Both the position numbers and the translations under genes were made by a program. A DNA stretch of 64,000 nt from a virus. The stretch spans positions 75,611 through 139,610 of IMG/VR virus record IMGVR_UViG_3300033512_000218. One strand, given 5' to 3'. Shown here in pieces: positions 20,242-30,548 of this stretch. The first letter of the stretch is position 1, and every line of letters starts with the position of its first letter. Below the pieces are notes generated by a model, which made no database searches, had not been told where the DNA came from, and saw only the letters and a list, made by a program, of their open reading frames with translations.

Positions 20242-23200
20242 ATGAAATTAAATATACAAATAAAAACAAAAGAAGAGATAATAAAATCTATTTACGAATA
20301 TACCAATTTTGATTTTATTAATAACAATCTTTTTATAAATATTAAAGATTTATATAATAATATTAAATATGGAGATTTTGATACAAATATTGAATTTATA
20401 AATAATTTAGTAGGTTCGTATAATGGATTAAAATTGTTTGTATACACTATTTCTACAAGTAGAACAGAGATTGAATTAAAATTACCTTCTATAAATTTTC
20501 GTTCAGTATCATATAATACTATATTATTACAATATAATACATTATTTTCAAGTTATCCTTTATCATATTTAAAAACAGATGATAATAAATTAAAATATGT
20601 ATATATTCAATTTAAAAATTTAGAAAAATATCAAATTTTAAATTGGTATAAAACTCCTGATAATAGTGTTATTTTAAAATTAAGAGAGGAATTAAGTGAT
20701 AATATAAAAGAAAATGATGAAGTTATTGTATATGAAAAATTATACAGTGATACAATATATCCAGTTAAACTCATTCCATTAAATAATGAATTAACGATAA
20801 ATTGTTTAAATAAACCTAATTTTGATATAGATGTAAATGAAAAGACTGTTCAAAGTGAGTATAAAAATTATGATGATATTATAAATAATAATGATATACT
20901 AAAAACAGATTTTTTCAATGAATCTTTAAAAGGAATACAATTAAATATAGATTTTACTGATTTTAGTAATTTTGTATTTTTTAGTTCCATATTAGAACGT
21001 TTAAATAATTTTAAATATAAATTACAATTAATAGAAAATTATCAATATAAAATTAGTTTATTACCTATTACAAGCCCGGATATATTAAAATATACAAATA
21101 TAATAGAAGGAATAAAACAATCATTTGATATATACGAACATTTTTTATATTATGAAAATAATGGAATATATACATATCCAAAAGATGGAAATAATAATGT
21201 TTTACCATTATCAGATTTAGATGTTATTGCTTGGTTTACAGAACGTAATGAACAAGCTAAATATTATGATAAAATAAATTATAATTTACTAATAAAACTA
21301 ATTCCTAATTATATTTATACTGATGTATACAATGTTCAATATTTGAAATTTATAAATTTAACAGCACAACATTTTGATATATTATGGTTATATATAAATC
21401 ACTTAGAGGATATTAAAATTACTGATAGTGATATTAATAAAGGATTAAGTAAAGATTTAATTTATTATGTTTTAGGTGATATGAGTTGGAAACCTATAAG
21501 TAATTTTGAAAATACAAATTTAGAAGATTATTTATATAAAGAAGAACACAATGATCCAAATCAAGTTTATGCTTCTACAGAAACTGTATCAAAAAAACAA
21601 ATAGATTTGGAAGTATGGAAGAGATTGATGGATAATGTTATTTATCTATATAAAACAAAAGGAACAAAAGAAAGTATACGTTCACTATTAAATATTTATG
21701 GAATACCAAGTACTTCATTGTTAATTCAAGAATATGGAGGAAAACATCCTTACTATACAAATAACTATTTTGATTATGATAAATTTACAGCTTGTTTAGA
21801 TAAATCAACTGAACCAACTGCTACAATAATAATTGAGGATATTGATACATTTAGAGGATTTGAAATTAGATTTAAAATAAGTAATTCAGATGATAATATA
21901 ATTTTAAATGATACATTAAACGACATCATAATATCAACTCGTTATTCCGATAAAAGTTTATTATTAACAATAGGAACAATTGTACATGAAATAAATAATA
22001 CAGATATATATAATAATGAATGGTGGACTGTTTGTATAGGTTATAATAGTGTATTATCAAATAATACACAAGGAATACATTCATTTAATTATATAGAAAA
22101 AATTGTATATTCTTTAGCATTAGTTAATAATAAATATGGAAAACCATATAATCGTCATTCTAAAACATTAATTTTTACAGGGCAAAATTCAATAATAGAT
22201 ATATTAAATAGTTCTTTTACGTTTGAAATAGGAAGTGATTTTACTGGATATTTACAAGAGATAAGATTTTGGAATTATTTTGTTGGGTATGATAATGTAA
22301 TATATCATAATTTAGCACCTACAACAATTAGCACATGTGATTTTAATAATTTATATGATAATTTAATAGTTAGAGTTCCTCTTGGAACTGATTTAAATAC
22401 ATACAATCATTCAATTATAACAACATTGGATAATCAAAATTTAACTCGTGATAATACATATACTATTACTTTTGATAATTTTAGTGATAATAATAATTAT
22501 TTACAATATGTTGAAAAGTATTATCATATAGTGCCTAATATAAGTAATAATCATGTTATGAATCGAAAAATATATTTTGATAATAATGATGATTTTTCTT
22601 GTATGTATATAAATAAACAAGATAATGGTATATTTTCTGGGTCGTTTAATAATTCATATAATAATTCATTTTTAATAGATTATGAATTGGATAATACGGA
22701 TATAAATAATATAACTGAATTACAAACTGATTATTCAAATAGAATACAATATAAAACATCCCAAAATAATAAACTTGGAATTTATTTTTCACCTATAAAT
22801 GAAGTAAATGAAGATATTTATGATTTTTTTGGAAATAATAATATAGATGAATATTTAGGTAATTATATAGATGAGTATAGTGATAATTATAAATATATTG
22901 ATAAATTAGTAACTTTTTATGAACAGCAATATAGTAAGAAATATGAAATATGGAAATATTTCAAAATGATAAAACAATATAATAAAAGTATTTTTTATCA
23001 TTTAAAACAACTTATACCATTAAGAAGTACTGATATATTAGGAGTTACCATAGAAAATAGTTTAATTCATAGAAATAAAATAACATATTTGAATAGTAAA
23101 CCAACACTAAAAAATAATTATTATTATTTTAATTTAGAGAATATAATATCAAATAATATTATTATGGATTATACACTATATAACATACAATTATATGTTT

Positions 23201-23427
23201 CTTTAGTTTATCCAAATGATTATCAATATTATAAATTAAATAATACAATTGTATATAGACCAAGAAATTATAATTATACACAAAATATAATGCCTGTAAT
23301 TTATAATACAATATTTAGTATTGTAGATATAAATAATTACAATACAATAAATATAACAAGAAGAGGTAATAGATTAGTAGAAATAACAATGATAATTCCT
23401 ACAAATGAAAATACAAATATTAGATAA
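20242..23427 (+). CDS. Large virion structural protein, probable baseplate wedge
   Basis: YLYKTKGT..SIRSLLNIYG..IQEYGG (tail/baseplate-type motif); 1061 aa at head of late operon. Confidence 0.7.
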   Translation: MKLNIQIKTKEEIIKSIYEYTNFDFINNNLFINIKDLYNNIKYGDFDTNIEFINNLVGSYNGLKLFVYTISTSRTEIELKLPSINFRSVSYNTILLQYNTLFSSYPLSYLKTDDNKLKYVYIQFKNLEKYQILNWYKTPDNSVILKLREELSDNIKENDEVIVYEKLYSDTIYPVKLIPLNNELTINCLNKPNFDIDVNEKTVQSEYKNYDDIINNNDILKTDFFNESLKGIQLNIDFTDFSNFVFFSSILERLNNFKYKLQLIENYQYKISLLPITSPDILKYTNIIEGIKQSFDIYEHFLYYENNGIYTYPKDGNNNVLPLSDLDVIAWFTERNEQAKYYDKINYNLLIKLIPNYIYTDVYNVQYLKFINLTAQHFDILWLYINHLEDIKITDSDINKGLSKDLIYYVLGDMSWKPISNFENTNLEDYLYKEEHNDPNQVYASTETVSKKQIDLEVWKRLMDNVIYLYKTKGTKESIRSLLNIYGIPSTSLLIQEYGGKHPYYTNNYFDYDKFTACLDKSTEPTATIIIEDIDTFRGFEIRFKISNSDDNIILNDTLNDIIISTRYSDKSLLLTIGTIVHEINNTDIYNNEWWTVCIGYNSVLSNNTQGIHSFNYIEKIVYSLALVNNKYGKPYNRHSKTLIFTGQNSIIDILNSSFTFEIGSDFTGYLQEIRFWNYFVGYDNVIYHNLAPTTISTCDFNNLYDNLIVRVPLGTDLNTYNHSIITTLDNQNLTRDNTYTITFDNFSDNNNYLQYVEKYYHIVPNISNNHVMNRKIYFDNNDDFSCMYINKQDNGIFSGSFNNSYNNSFLIDYELDNTDINNITELQTDYSNRIQYKTSQNNKLGIYFSPINEVNEDIYDFFGNNNIDEYLGNYIDEYSDNYKYIDKLVTFYEQQYSKKYEIWKYFKMIKQYNKSIFYHLKQLIPLRSTDILGVTIENSLIHRNKITYLNSKPTLKNNYYYFNLENIISNNIIMDYTLYNIQLYVSLVYPNDYQYYKLNNTIVYRPRNYNYTQNIMPVIYNTIFSIVDINNYNTINITRRGNRLVEITMIIPTNENTNIR

Positions 23428-23450
23428 AAATAATAATAAATAAAAAAAAT

Positions 23451-24062
23451 ATGGCATATTTAAACAATGAAATAATAGAAATAGAAGCTATTTTAACTCA
23501 AAAAGGAAGAGAATTATTGGCAAAAAACAACGGTAAATTTAATATTACAAAATTTGCATTAGCTGATGATGGAATAGATTATAATTTATGGAATCCAGAT
23601 ACAACAGATGATTTAAAAGGATTTTTAATAGAAAATAGTCCTGTATTAGAACCAAATTCAAATGAAAATAATGTAATGAGAAATAAACTTATAACATTGC
23701 CAATTGGTACTACAAGAATACCTATTTTATCAGTAGGACAAACATCATTAACATTAAATGCAGGACAACGTTATATAATAACTCCTACAGTTGTAAATTA
23801 TAGTAATGCAAATGAAACATACGGATATACTGCAACAATAATAGATTCAAGTATAGCTGAATTAAAACCATACGTATCAGGACAAACTACAACATATTAT
23901 AGTACATCAAATGTTTCTGGTGAAAGTGTAACAGTAACAGGACAACAATTTGAACTCGTTGGTAGAAGTTTAACGGATGCAGGTACAACAAGTATTCTAA
24001 TTCAAGGAAATGAAACAGGTGGACAAATAGAAATAGTATTAACAGTAAATAAAAACATATAA
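23451..24062 (+). CDS. Virion structural protein (baseplate-associated)
   Basis: MAYLNN...AILTQKGRELLA...ITKFALADDGIDY. Confidence 0.65.
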   Translation: MAYLNNEIIEIEAILTQKGRELLAKNNGKFNITKFALADDGIDYNLWNPDTTDDLKGFLIENSPVLEPNSNENNVMRNKLITLPIGTTRIPILSVGQTSLTLNAGQRYIITPTVVNYSNANETYGYTATIIDSSIAELKPYVSGQTTTYYSTSNVSGESVTVTGQQFELVGRSLTDAGTTSILIQGNETGGQIEIVLTVNKNI

Positions 24063-24064
24063 TT

Positions 24065-25096
24065 ATGGCAGTAACAAGCAATTTATATACATCATTTAAT
24101 TTTACAAATGATGAAGATGCAATATTTAATAGTAAAGAAAGTGTTTCTATTGCAACCTGGTCAAATAACGAAACAGAATTAACTAACTTTTATTATTATT
24201 CAACAAAAACAAATAGAGATTATTTTGTAAATGTTTATAATACCGACCCATTAACAGATGATGAGGCAGAAATACAATTTAGTGTATCATTTGGAAATTA
24301 TTATGGTTGTGCAACTCCTCTTATAGATGCTTCATTTGATGACGATATGACTCCTTCAAAAGCTATTTATCATAATATAAAAAACACAATAGACCAAAAT
24401 GAAAATGATAAAATTATTTTTGATAGTACTGAATATGATAGAATATATGCATTGAGTGTTCGAAAAGAACGATTACATGATAGAGTAAAATCAGGTTCTG
24501 TTTTTTTACATTTAAACGATTATGGTACTGATTTATATATGATTGACGATATTAGTATTGTTAATAGAAAAACAACAATATACAATATAATTAGAGCAAA
24601 TTCTGATGGAACTGAACATGCAACTCCAACTGTTATCGGTAAAATGTATATTGACAAAGGACTAATTATACTTAATGCTGATACAATTGAAACATTATTT
24701 GGAAGTTCTATATTTAGTAATTGTGGATTAAATGTAAATTGTAGTGGTTTTACATGTGATGGAGATAGTGATGGTTATGCAGATGTAAATCCTAATACAT
24801 TATTTATTGATATGATGCAAAGTTTTATTATGATTAGTGAACAATATACTTCAAGTATTATATATTTTATAAGAGTAAATCATACTAACTTTAATCACTC
24901 AAATAACCCAACATTTGTTCAAAATGAACAAGGAGATTTATTATATACTGAAATGGTGGATAATCCATTTACATATATTACAACAATAGGTTTATATAAC
25001 GAAGGTAATGAATTATTGGCTGTTGCAAGAGTTAGCCAACCTATTCTTAAAACATACGAAAGAGAAGCACTTATAAGAGTTAAATTAACATTTTAA
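24065..25096 (+). CDS. Virion structural protein (baseplate/collar-like)
   Basis: C-terminal YITTIGLYN...LLAVAR.S.PI.K. Confidence 0.65.
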   Translation: MAVTSNLYTSFNFTNDEDAIFNSKESVSIATWSNNETELTNFYYYSTKTNRDYFVNVYNTDPLTDDEAEIQFSVSFGNYYGCATPLIDASFDDDMTPSKAIYHNIKNTIDQNENDKIIFDSTEYDRIYALSVRKERLHDRVKSGSVFLHLNDYGTDLYMIDDISIVNRKTTIYNIIRANSDGTEHATPTVIGKMYIDKGLIILNADTIETLFGSSIFSNCGLNVNCSGFTCDGDSDGYADVNPNTLFIDMMQSFIMISEQYTSSIIYFIRVNHTNFNHSNNPTFVQNEQGDLLYTEMVDNPFTYITTIGLYNEGNELLAVARVSQPILKTYEREALIRVKLTF

Positions 25097-25100
25097 TACA

Positions 25101-26618
25101 ATGGTATTTAAAAATATAAATAACGAACATATTAATATATATGAGTTTGAAGTAAATAAACAATATAATTTAATTGATTTGGATATGAATTTATGTGAAT
25201 ATACTAATTCATATCCAAAATCTAATTCTCATAATCAAAAATATACAAATTATCACTGGTTATATAGTAATTTTTATAAAAATTATAATACAAATAAAAT
25301 TAATAAGTTAGAATATATTAGTAAATACCAAAAAAGAAACATAGATTTATATGCTTACTTTATTAAAATTAATAATGATTATTTTATTAATAAAATAAAA
25401 GAACACTCTGTTACATTAACAATATTAAATAATATATTATTAACTGATGACGGTTATGGTAATATTGTTAATAAGAATATATTTAATTCTATTAATTTTG
25501 ATGATTTTGAAGTATTCCTTCAAGAATTACGTAAATATACAAAAGTACATTATAATTTTTCAGATTTAAAAAAATTTATATCTAATCGTACAAACGGTAT
25601 AGAAAAAACAATTGTATATGATTTAGGAATTAAAATAGAAGAAAATTATATTACTGATGTAAGTGGTTTTAATAATAATTCAATATTCAATAATATAACA
25701 ATTAATACTGATAATTATAAAACTCTTTTATCTCTTTATGAGAATAATATAATCACATTAAATGATAATAATATACTAAAAGATACATTTAAAAGTGATT
25801 TTACTATTATTCTTAATTTTAAAGAAATAAATAATACCAATGGAACAATATCTCTATTTAAACGTTACAATGGAAATAATAAATTTTTTGAACTTTTATT
25901 TTTATCAGATTTAAGTACTATTAGATTATTATATCAAAATAATGAAACAATAAATTATATCGATTTATCTATATCATATAATAATACAACAAATTCTACA
26001 ATTGTTATAGAACGCAAAAATGATACATTTTATTTACATTATTTATCATTAGCACAAAGTTTATCAAACTCAATGGTATTAAACATAGGAGATAATATGT
26101 TTTATAATGATATGATTGTTGAATTATCAACCCCATCAAATGGAACTGATTATTTTGATTGTATAATAGATGAAATATTATTGTTATCAACTACAATAGA
26201 TTTAACATATTATAGAAAAGTTAAATATATTTGGGAATGGTTAGATGATTATTATTATGGAAATGTATTTTATGAAAATGGAATTATAAGTATAACAAAA
26301 TCAGATACAGCTTATAATATAATTTCTAATACAAATAATAATCTGATTTTTAAAAATACAAAAGTTATATCGGAAAATGAATATATTTGTAAAATAGATA
26401 CAAATGATTATAATTATACATTAAATAAATCAGCTTTACAAAAAAATAGTCAATACTTTTATCAAGTAAATAAAGCAAATTATACTATTCCTAATTACAT
26501 AACTTCAATTGGACTATATGATAATGAAGATAATTTAATATTAGTTGGTAAAATTAATAATCCTATTGAACGTATTCAAAATATTCCAATGAATTTTATT
26601 GTTAAATACGATATATAA
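25101..26618 (+). CDS. Virion structural protein, paralogous C-terminus to 24065
   Basis: TDDGYGNI, GNVFYENG, YITSIGLYD...LILVGK..PI. Confidence 0.65.
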   Translation: MVFKNINNEHINIYEFEVNKQYNLIDLDMNLCEYTNSYPKSNSHNQKYTNYHWLYSNFYKNYNTNKINKLEYISKYQKRNIDLYAYFIKINNDYFINKIKEHSVTLTILNNILLTDDGYGNIVNKNIFNSINFDDFEVFLQELRKYTKVHYNFSDLKKFISNRTNGIEKTIVYDLGIKIEENYITDVSGFNNNSIFNNITINTDNYKTLLSLYENNIITLNDNNILKDTFKSDFTIILNFKEINNTNGTISLFKRYNGNNKFFELLFLSDLSTIRLLYQNNETINYIDLSISYNNTTNSTIVIERKNDTFYLHYLSLAQSLSNSMVLNIGDNMFYNDMIVELSTPSNGTDYFDCIIDEILLLSTTIDLTYYRKVKYIWEWLDDYYYGNVFYENGIISITKSDTAYNIISNTNNNLIFKNTKVISENEYICKIDTNDYNYTLNKSALQKNSQYFYQVNKANYTIPNYITSIGLYDNEDNLILVGKINNPIERIQNIPMNFIVKYDI

Positions 26619-26620
26619 AT

Positions 26621-26651
26621 AAAAACCTACTTAATTTAAAGTAGGTTTTTT
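26621..26651. terminator. Bidirectional terminator
   Basis: AAAAACCTACTT-loop-AAGTAGGTTTTT between convergent genes. Confidence 0.85.
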
Positions 26652-26759
26652 AAACTATATAATAGCATAAAATATTATTATAACTATCATGATAATAACG
26701 AAGTATTTAAACCAGTTTTTCATATTTTTTTTAATTGTTAATAAATATTAAAATTTATA

Positions 26760-27122
26760 TTATAAATACAGTTTTTCTTTTATACTTTTTAAGTACTTTT
26801 TTGCATTTTTATAATTTAATTTATCGTCACGCATACTTGATTCAATAATATTTTTTTTGATGTCAATATCAACTTTATATGTATTAAATCCAGCATTTCC
26901 TGGAATAGTAATACTTGCATAAGTATTATCATATTTAAATATACAGTTTGATTCACTATATTTAAAATTTATAATACCATTATCAATTAATATTGCTATA
27001 ATAGGATATAACAATTTTAATTTTTCTAATAAATATACCTCATGCTCTGTTAAATCACTTTCTTTTTTTTGATTGTAGAAATCAAAAATAACACTTTCAT
27101 TTAGTTTTAATAATCGTCCCAT
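26760..27122 (-). CDS. Hypothetical protein
   Basis: 120 aa after promoter copy 6. Confidence 0.7.
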   Translation of the reverse strand: MGRLLKLNESVIFDFYNQKKESDLTEHEVYLLEKLKLLYPIIAILIDNGIINFKYSESNCIFKYDNTYASITIPGNAGFNTYKVDIDIKKNIIESSMRDDKLNYKNAKKYLKSIKEKLYL

Positions 27123-27148
27123 TATTTTAAGTTTTAAATATTTATATC

Positions 27149-27206
27149 ACAAAGATAAAACATTTATTAACAAAATACAAATAAAATATTGTTAATAAAT
27201 GTTAAA
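27149..27206 (-). promoter_or_regulatory. Repeated early promoter cassette (copy 6, with internal inverted operator copy)
   Basis: Reverse complement of cassette; 15-bp IR AACATTTATTAACAA/TTGTTAATAAATGTT. Confidence 0.85.
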
Positions 27207-27207
27207 T

Positions 27208-27603
27208 TTAGTTTATTGGTTCTGGTATTATAAAGTTAGGAGCATATTTTTTAACTTCATATACATAACACTCCACATTTTTATCATTTTTAGTTGCACA
27301 CAAATTAAAATTATTATAATTTTTAACTATTCCATCTTTAGCATAAGATAAAAACTTTAAAACTTTTTTAAATTGGTATTTGGTCATTTCAAAGTTTTCT
27401 GATTGTACAATCGAAGTTAATGTTTCAGCACAATCTAATCCAACAAACATAATTTCTTTTTTTTCATTTTGAATAGTTGCAATGTTTGTTATTGGTTTAT
27501 TGCAATTTGAACAACACATACAATCTTCATTATGAGTTACTGATAGTAATATATATTTTTCATTTATAGGCAAATTTCGTTGAATTATTTTTTTTGTTTT
27601 CAT
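27208..27603 (-). CDS. Hypothetical Cys-rich (putative Zn-binding) protein
   Basis: CSNCNKPI...VGLDCA. Confidence 0.65.
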   Translation of the reverse strand: MKTKKIIQRNLPINEKYILLSVTHNEDCMCCSNCNKPITNIATIQNEKKEIMFVGLDCAETLTSIVQSENFEMTKYQFKKVLKFLSYAKDGIVKNYNNFNLCATKNDKNVECYVYEVKKYAPNFIIPEPIN

Positions 27604-27604
27604 T

Positions 27605-27808
27605 TTATTTGTTATTTAATTTTTTTTCTTTTATTATATTGAATATTTGAGACCAAATAATTGAAATTTTATTATTTAATTCCTTTTCTTCTTTACACAT
27701 TGGTTCAGATATATCAATATCTGAATATAATTTTTTCTTTAAAGCTATGAGATTTTCAACTTCTATTGATAATTTTTGTTTTATATTTTCTAATTCTTGA
27801 TTATTCAT
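27605..27808 (-). CDS. Hypothetical protein
   Basis: 67 aa after promoter copy 7. Confidence 0.6.
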   Translation of the reverse strand: MNNQELENIKQKLSIEVENLIALKKKLYSDIDISEPMCKEEKELNNKISIIWSQIFNIIKEKKLNNK

Positions 27809-27832
27809 ATTTTAACTACTAATAATTATAGT

Positions 27833-27890
27833 ACAAAGATAAACTAAATATTTTCAAAATCAAAATTAATTTGTGTTAATAAATGTTAAA
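27833..27890 (-). promoter_or_regulatory. Repeated early promoter cassette (copy 7)
   Basis: Reverse complement of cassette. Confidence 0.85.
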
Positions 27891-27892
27891 AT

Positions 27893-27900
27893 GTATTTAT
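27893..27900 (+). promoter_or_regulatory. Putative late promoter GTATTTAT, back-to-back with early cassette
   Basis: 19 nt before ATG 27912. Confidence 0.65.
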
Positions 27901-28030
27901 ATTAAAAAACAATGGATTATATTAAAATATTCTGTAATATAAAATAAATTAAAAACAAATAAAAATAATTAAAAAAAATTTAATAATTTTAATACTTCAA
28001 CTTTTTCATATTAGTATTTATATAAAAAGA

Positions 28031-28630
28031 ATGAAATCAAGGGAAGTTAAAAAAATTTTAAATATTACACAACAAACATTACACAATTATATTATTGAAG
28101 GTAAAATTAAATATATTAAAATTAATAAATATCATTACAATTATAATGATTAAGATGTTTATAAACTAATTGGTATTAAAAAAGAAAAAAAGAATAAATT
28201 AAATGTATCTTATTCCAGAATTAGTAATAAAAGAAATGATGATTTAAAAGAACAATCTCAAAGAATATATAATTATTGTATATCAAAAGGAATTAATTTA
28301 AATTATCAATTCGAAGATATTAAAAGTGGAATGAATTTTGATAGACAAGATTTTAATAAACTAATCGAACTTATTATTAAAGGTGAAATTGAATTACTTA
28401 TCATTGAAAATAAAGATAGATTAGTTAGATTTGGATTTGAACTATTAGAAAATATTTTTAAATATTTCGGTACTAAAATAATTGTTATTAATGATTCATT
28501 ATCAAATAAAACATATGAACAAGAATTAACTGATGATTTAATATATATCATACATTATTTTAGTATGAAATCTTATTCAAATAGAAGAAAATTAAATAAA
28601 ATTAAAAAAGATTTACAAGAAACAAATTGA
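28031..28630 (+). pseudogene. tnpA: IS607 TnpA serine recombinase with premature stop
   Basis: N-terminal HTH, YSRIS catalytic motif, DIKSGMNFDR, KDRLVRFGF, EQELTDDL; TAA at 28151. Confidence 0.9.
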
Positions 28631-30216
28631 TTACGATTAAATTAAATATTATTTCTAATTCAAATCCCGATTATATAATTGAAAAACAAAAGAATTACTC
28701 TTTTGCTTTTAGAAAATTATATAAACATTTTATTTTGGACGATAAAATGTTTAATAAATTATTAATGGAAAAATATAATTTATCTGTTTATGAATTTAAT
28801 TGTTTAATAATTGATGTTCAAACTAAAATTAATCAAGTTAAAACTCAAAAGGATAAATTAGAATCAAAAATAATCTCAATAGAAAAAGATATAAAATTAT
28901 TACAAGATAATATAAAATCTATTAAAAATACAAGAAAAATATTTAAATTAAATAAAAAGTTAAGTTATTTTAACAAATTATTATCCAAAGATATTGTATT
29001 TGGAAATAAAACTATATTACAACAAATAAGTTATTTATCAAATAATAAATTATCGAATAACAATGATATATTAAAACATAAAGAAACATATAAAAATAAT
29101 AGATTATTATCTATTAATTATATTGGAAGTAAAGATGATAAAAATAGTAATAGATATTTTAATTTTGATTTTGATAATAATTTAATTATTTATAAACAAA
29201 CCAATAAAATAAAAATAGAGTTAAAATATAAAGTATCAAATAATTACAAAAAATATTTAAATAGATTACAAGAAATAAAAGACAATAAAATATTACCAAT
29301 ATCAGTTCGATTAACAAATAAATTTATATATTTAACAATAGATAATCAAAAATTAAATGGTTATGATTTTAAACAATTAGAATATAATAAAAAAGTAAAA
29401 GGAATAAAAGATAAACAAATAAGAAAAGATATACTTATTAGTTTTTATAATGAACAAAGAGAAAGAATGTTACAAAATAAATTACCTAATCGATACATAT
29501 CAATTGATTTAAATCCAAATTATATAGGATGTTGTATATTAGATAAAATATATGAAGATAATTTTAAAATAATTGATAAATTTTGTTTTGATTTAAGTAA
29601 ATTAAATATAAAATCTAATAAGAATAGTGATGATAAATTATCAAAATATTTAAACAATAAGAGAAAATATGAGATAAGCATAATTTATAAAATATTATTT
29701 AATAAAGCAAAACATTATAAAGTATCCCATTTTGTAATAGAAGAATTAAATTTCAAACAACAAAATATAAATGATAAATCAAAAGAAGTTAATAGATTAA
29801 CCAAAAACGTTTGGAACAGAACTTATCAATATAATTTAATAAATAAATATTGTTTAGAAAGAGGGATTGAATTAATAGAAGTTAATCCAGTTTATTCAAG
29901 TTTTATAGGAAATATTTTATATAATTATTTTGACCCTGTTAATTCTTCAATAGAAATATGTCGAAGAGGAATAATTAAATATATAAAAAACAGTAAATTT
30001 TACCCAGTATTAACGAGTACAATAATTGACACTATGATAAATAGATTTAAATCTATTGGAGATGTTCAATTTATTAAAGATTGTGAAAGTTGGATAGAAT
30101 TATATAAAAATACAAAATCTCTAAATTTTATATATCGAGTACAATTAGATGATGTGAATCATCAATTGTTCAGCTTAAACAATACAAAAAGTAAAGTAAA
30201 TTATATTACTTTTTAA
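28627..30216 (+). CDS. tnpB: TnpB-like RNA-guided nuclease lacking Zn finger
   Basis: RuvC-I SIDLN, RuvC-II VIEEL, VNPVYSS, RuvC-III FDPVNSSIEI; TTG start overlapping tnpA stop. Confidence 0.85.
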   Translation: MITIKLNIISNSNPDYIIEKQKNYSFAFRKLYKHFILDDKMFNKLLMEKYNLSVYEFNCLIIDVQTKINQVKTQKDKLESKIISIEKDIKLLQDNIKSIKNTRKIFKLNKKLSYFNKLLSKDIVFGNKTILQQISYLSNNKLSNNNDILKHKETYKNNRLLSINYIGSKDDKNSNRYFNFDFDNNLIIYKQTNKIKIELKYKVSNNYKKYLNRLQEIKDNKILPISVRLTNKFIYLTIDNQKLNGYDFKQLEYNKKVKGIKDKQIRKDILISFYNEQRERMLQNKLPNRYISIDLNPNYIGCCILDKIYEDNFKIIDKFCFDLSKLNIKSNKNSDDKLSKYLNNKRKYEISIIYKILFNKAKHYKVSHFVIEELNFKQQNINDKSKEVNRLTKNVWNRTYQYNLINKYCLERGIELIEVNPVYSSFIGNILYNYFDPVNSSIEICRRGIIKYIKNSKFYPVLTSTIIDTMINRFKSIGDVQFIKDCESWIELYKNTKSLNFIYRVQLDDVNHQLFSLNNTKSKVNYITF

Positions 30217-30260
30217 CCATTTTGTATTGTTTAAGTATATAATTATGATATACGAGATTT
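30050..30260 (+). ncRNA. Putative omegaRNA plus guide (5' boundary approximate)
   Basis: Stem ACAATT-A-GATGAT-GTGA-ATCATC-AATTGT (30141-30169); 16-bp stem 30174-30189/30220-30235 just inside right end. Confidence 0.65.
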
Positions 30261-30548
30261 AAGACGAAGTTTATATGATAACGATATGATAAATATAAAT
30301 AATACAAATCAATTTTTTATACCTAAACAAATAACACAAGAGATATTTAATAATGATAATAGTATTCTATTATTTAAAAATAAAATTGATGTATTATTAA
30401 AAAATCAAATTATTAATTTATATGATATTAGTTATAATGAAGTCAGTTTTAAATTGGAATATATAGTTAAAAGTAAAATTGAATGTATTGATATTTTATA
30501 TAGTTGGATAAATATAGAACAAATACCTAAACATATAATAAAAACGAT

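Larger units (their letters stand above)
27938..30242 (+). mobile_element. IS607-family element (tnpA serine recombinase + tnpB)
   Basis: Ends defined by homology with second copy and by restoration of the interrupted ORF. Confidence 0.85.

Noticed and set aside
27938-30242. IStron (group I intron plus IS) or Cas12 locus
   Set aside because: Only ~90 nt (copy 1) and ~60 nt (copy 2) of AT-rich left end, too short for a ribozyme; no repeat array adjacent.
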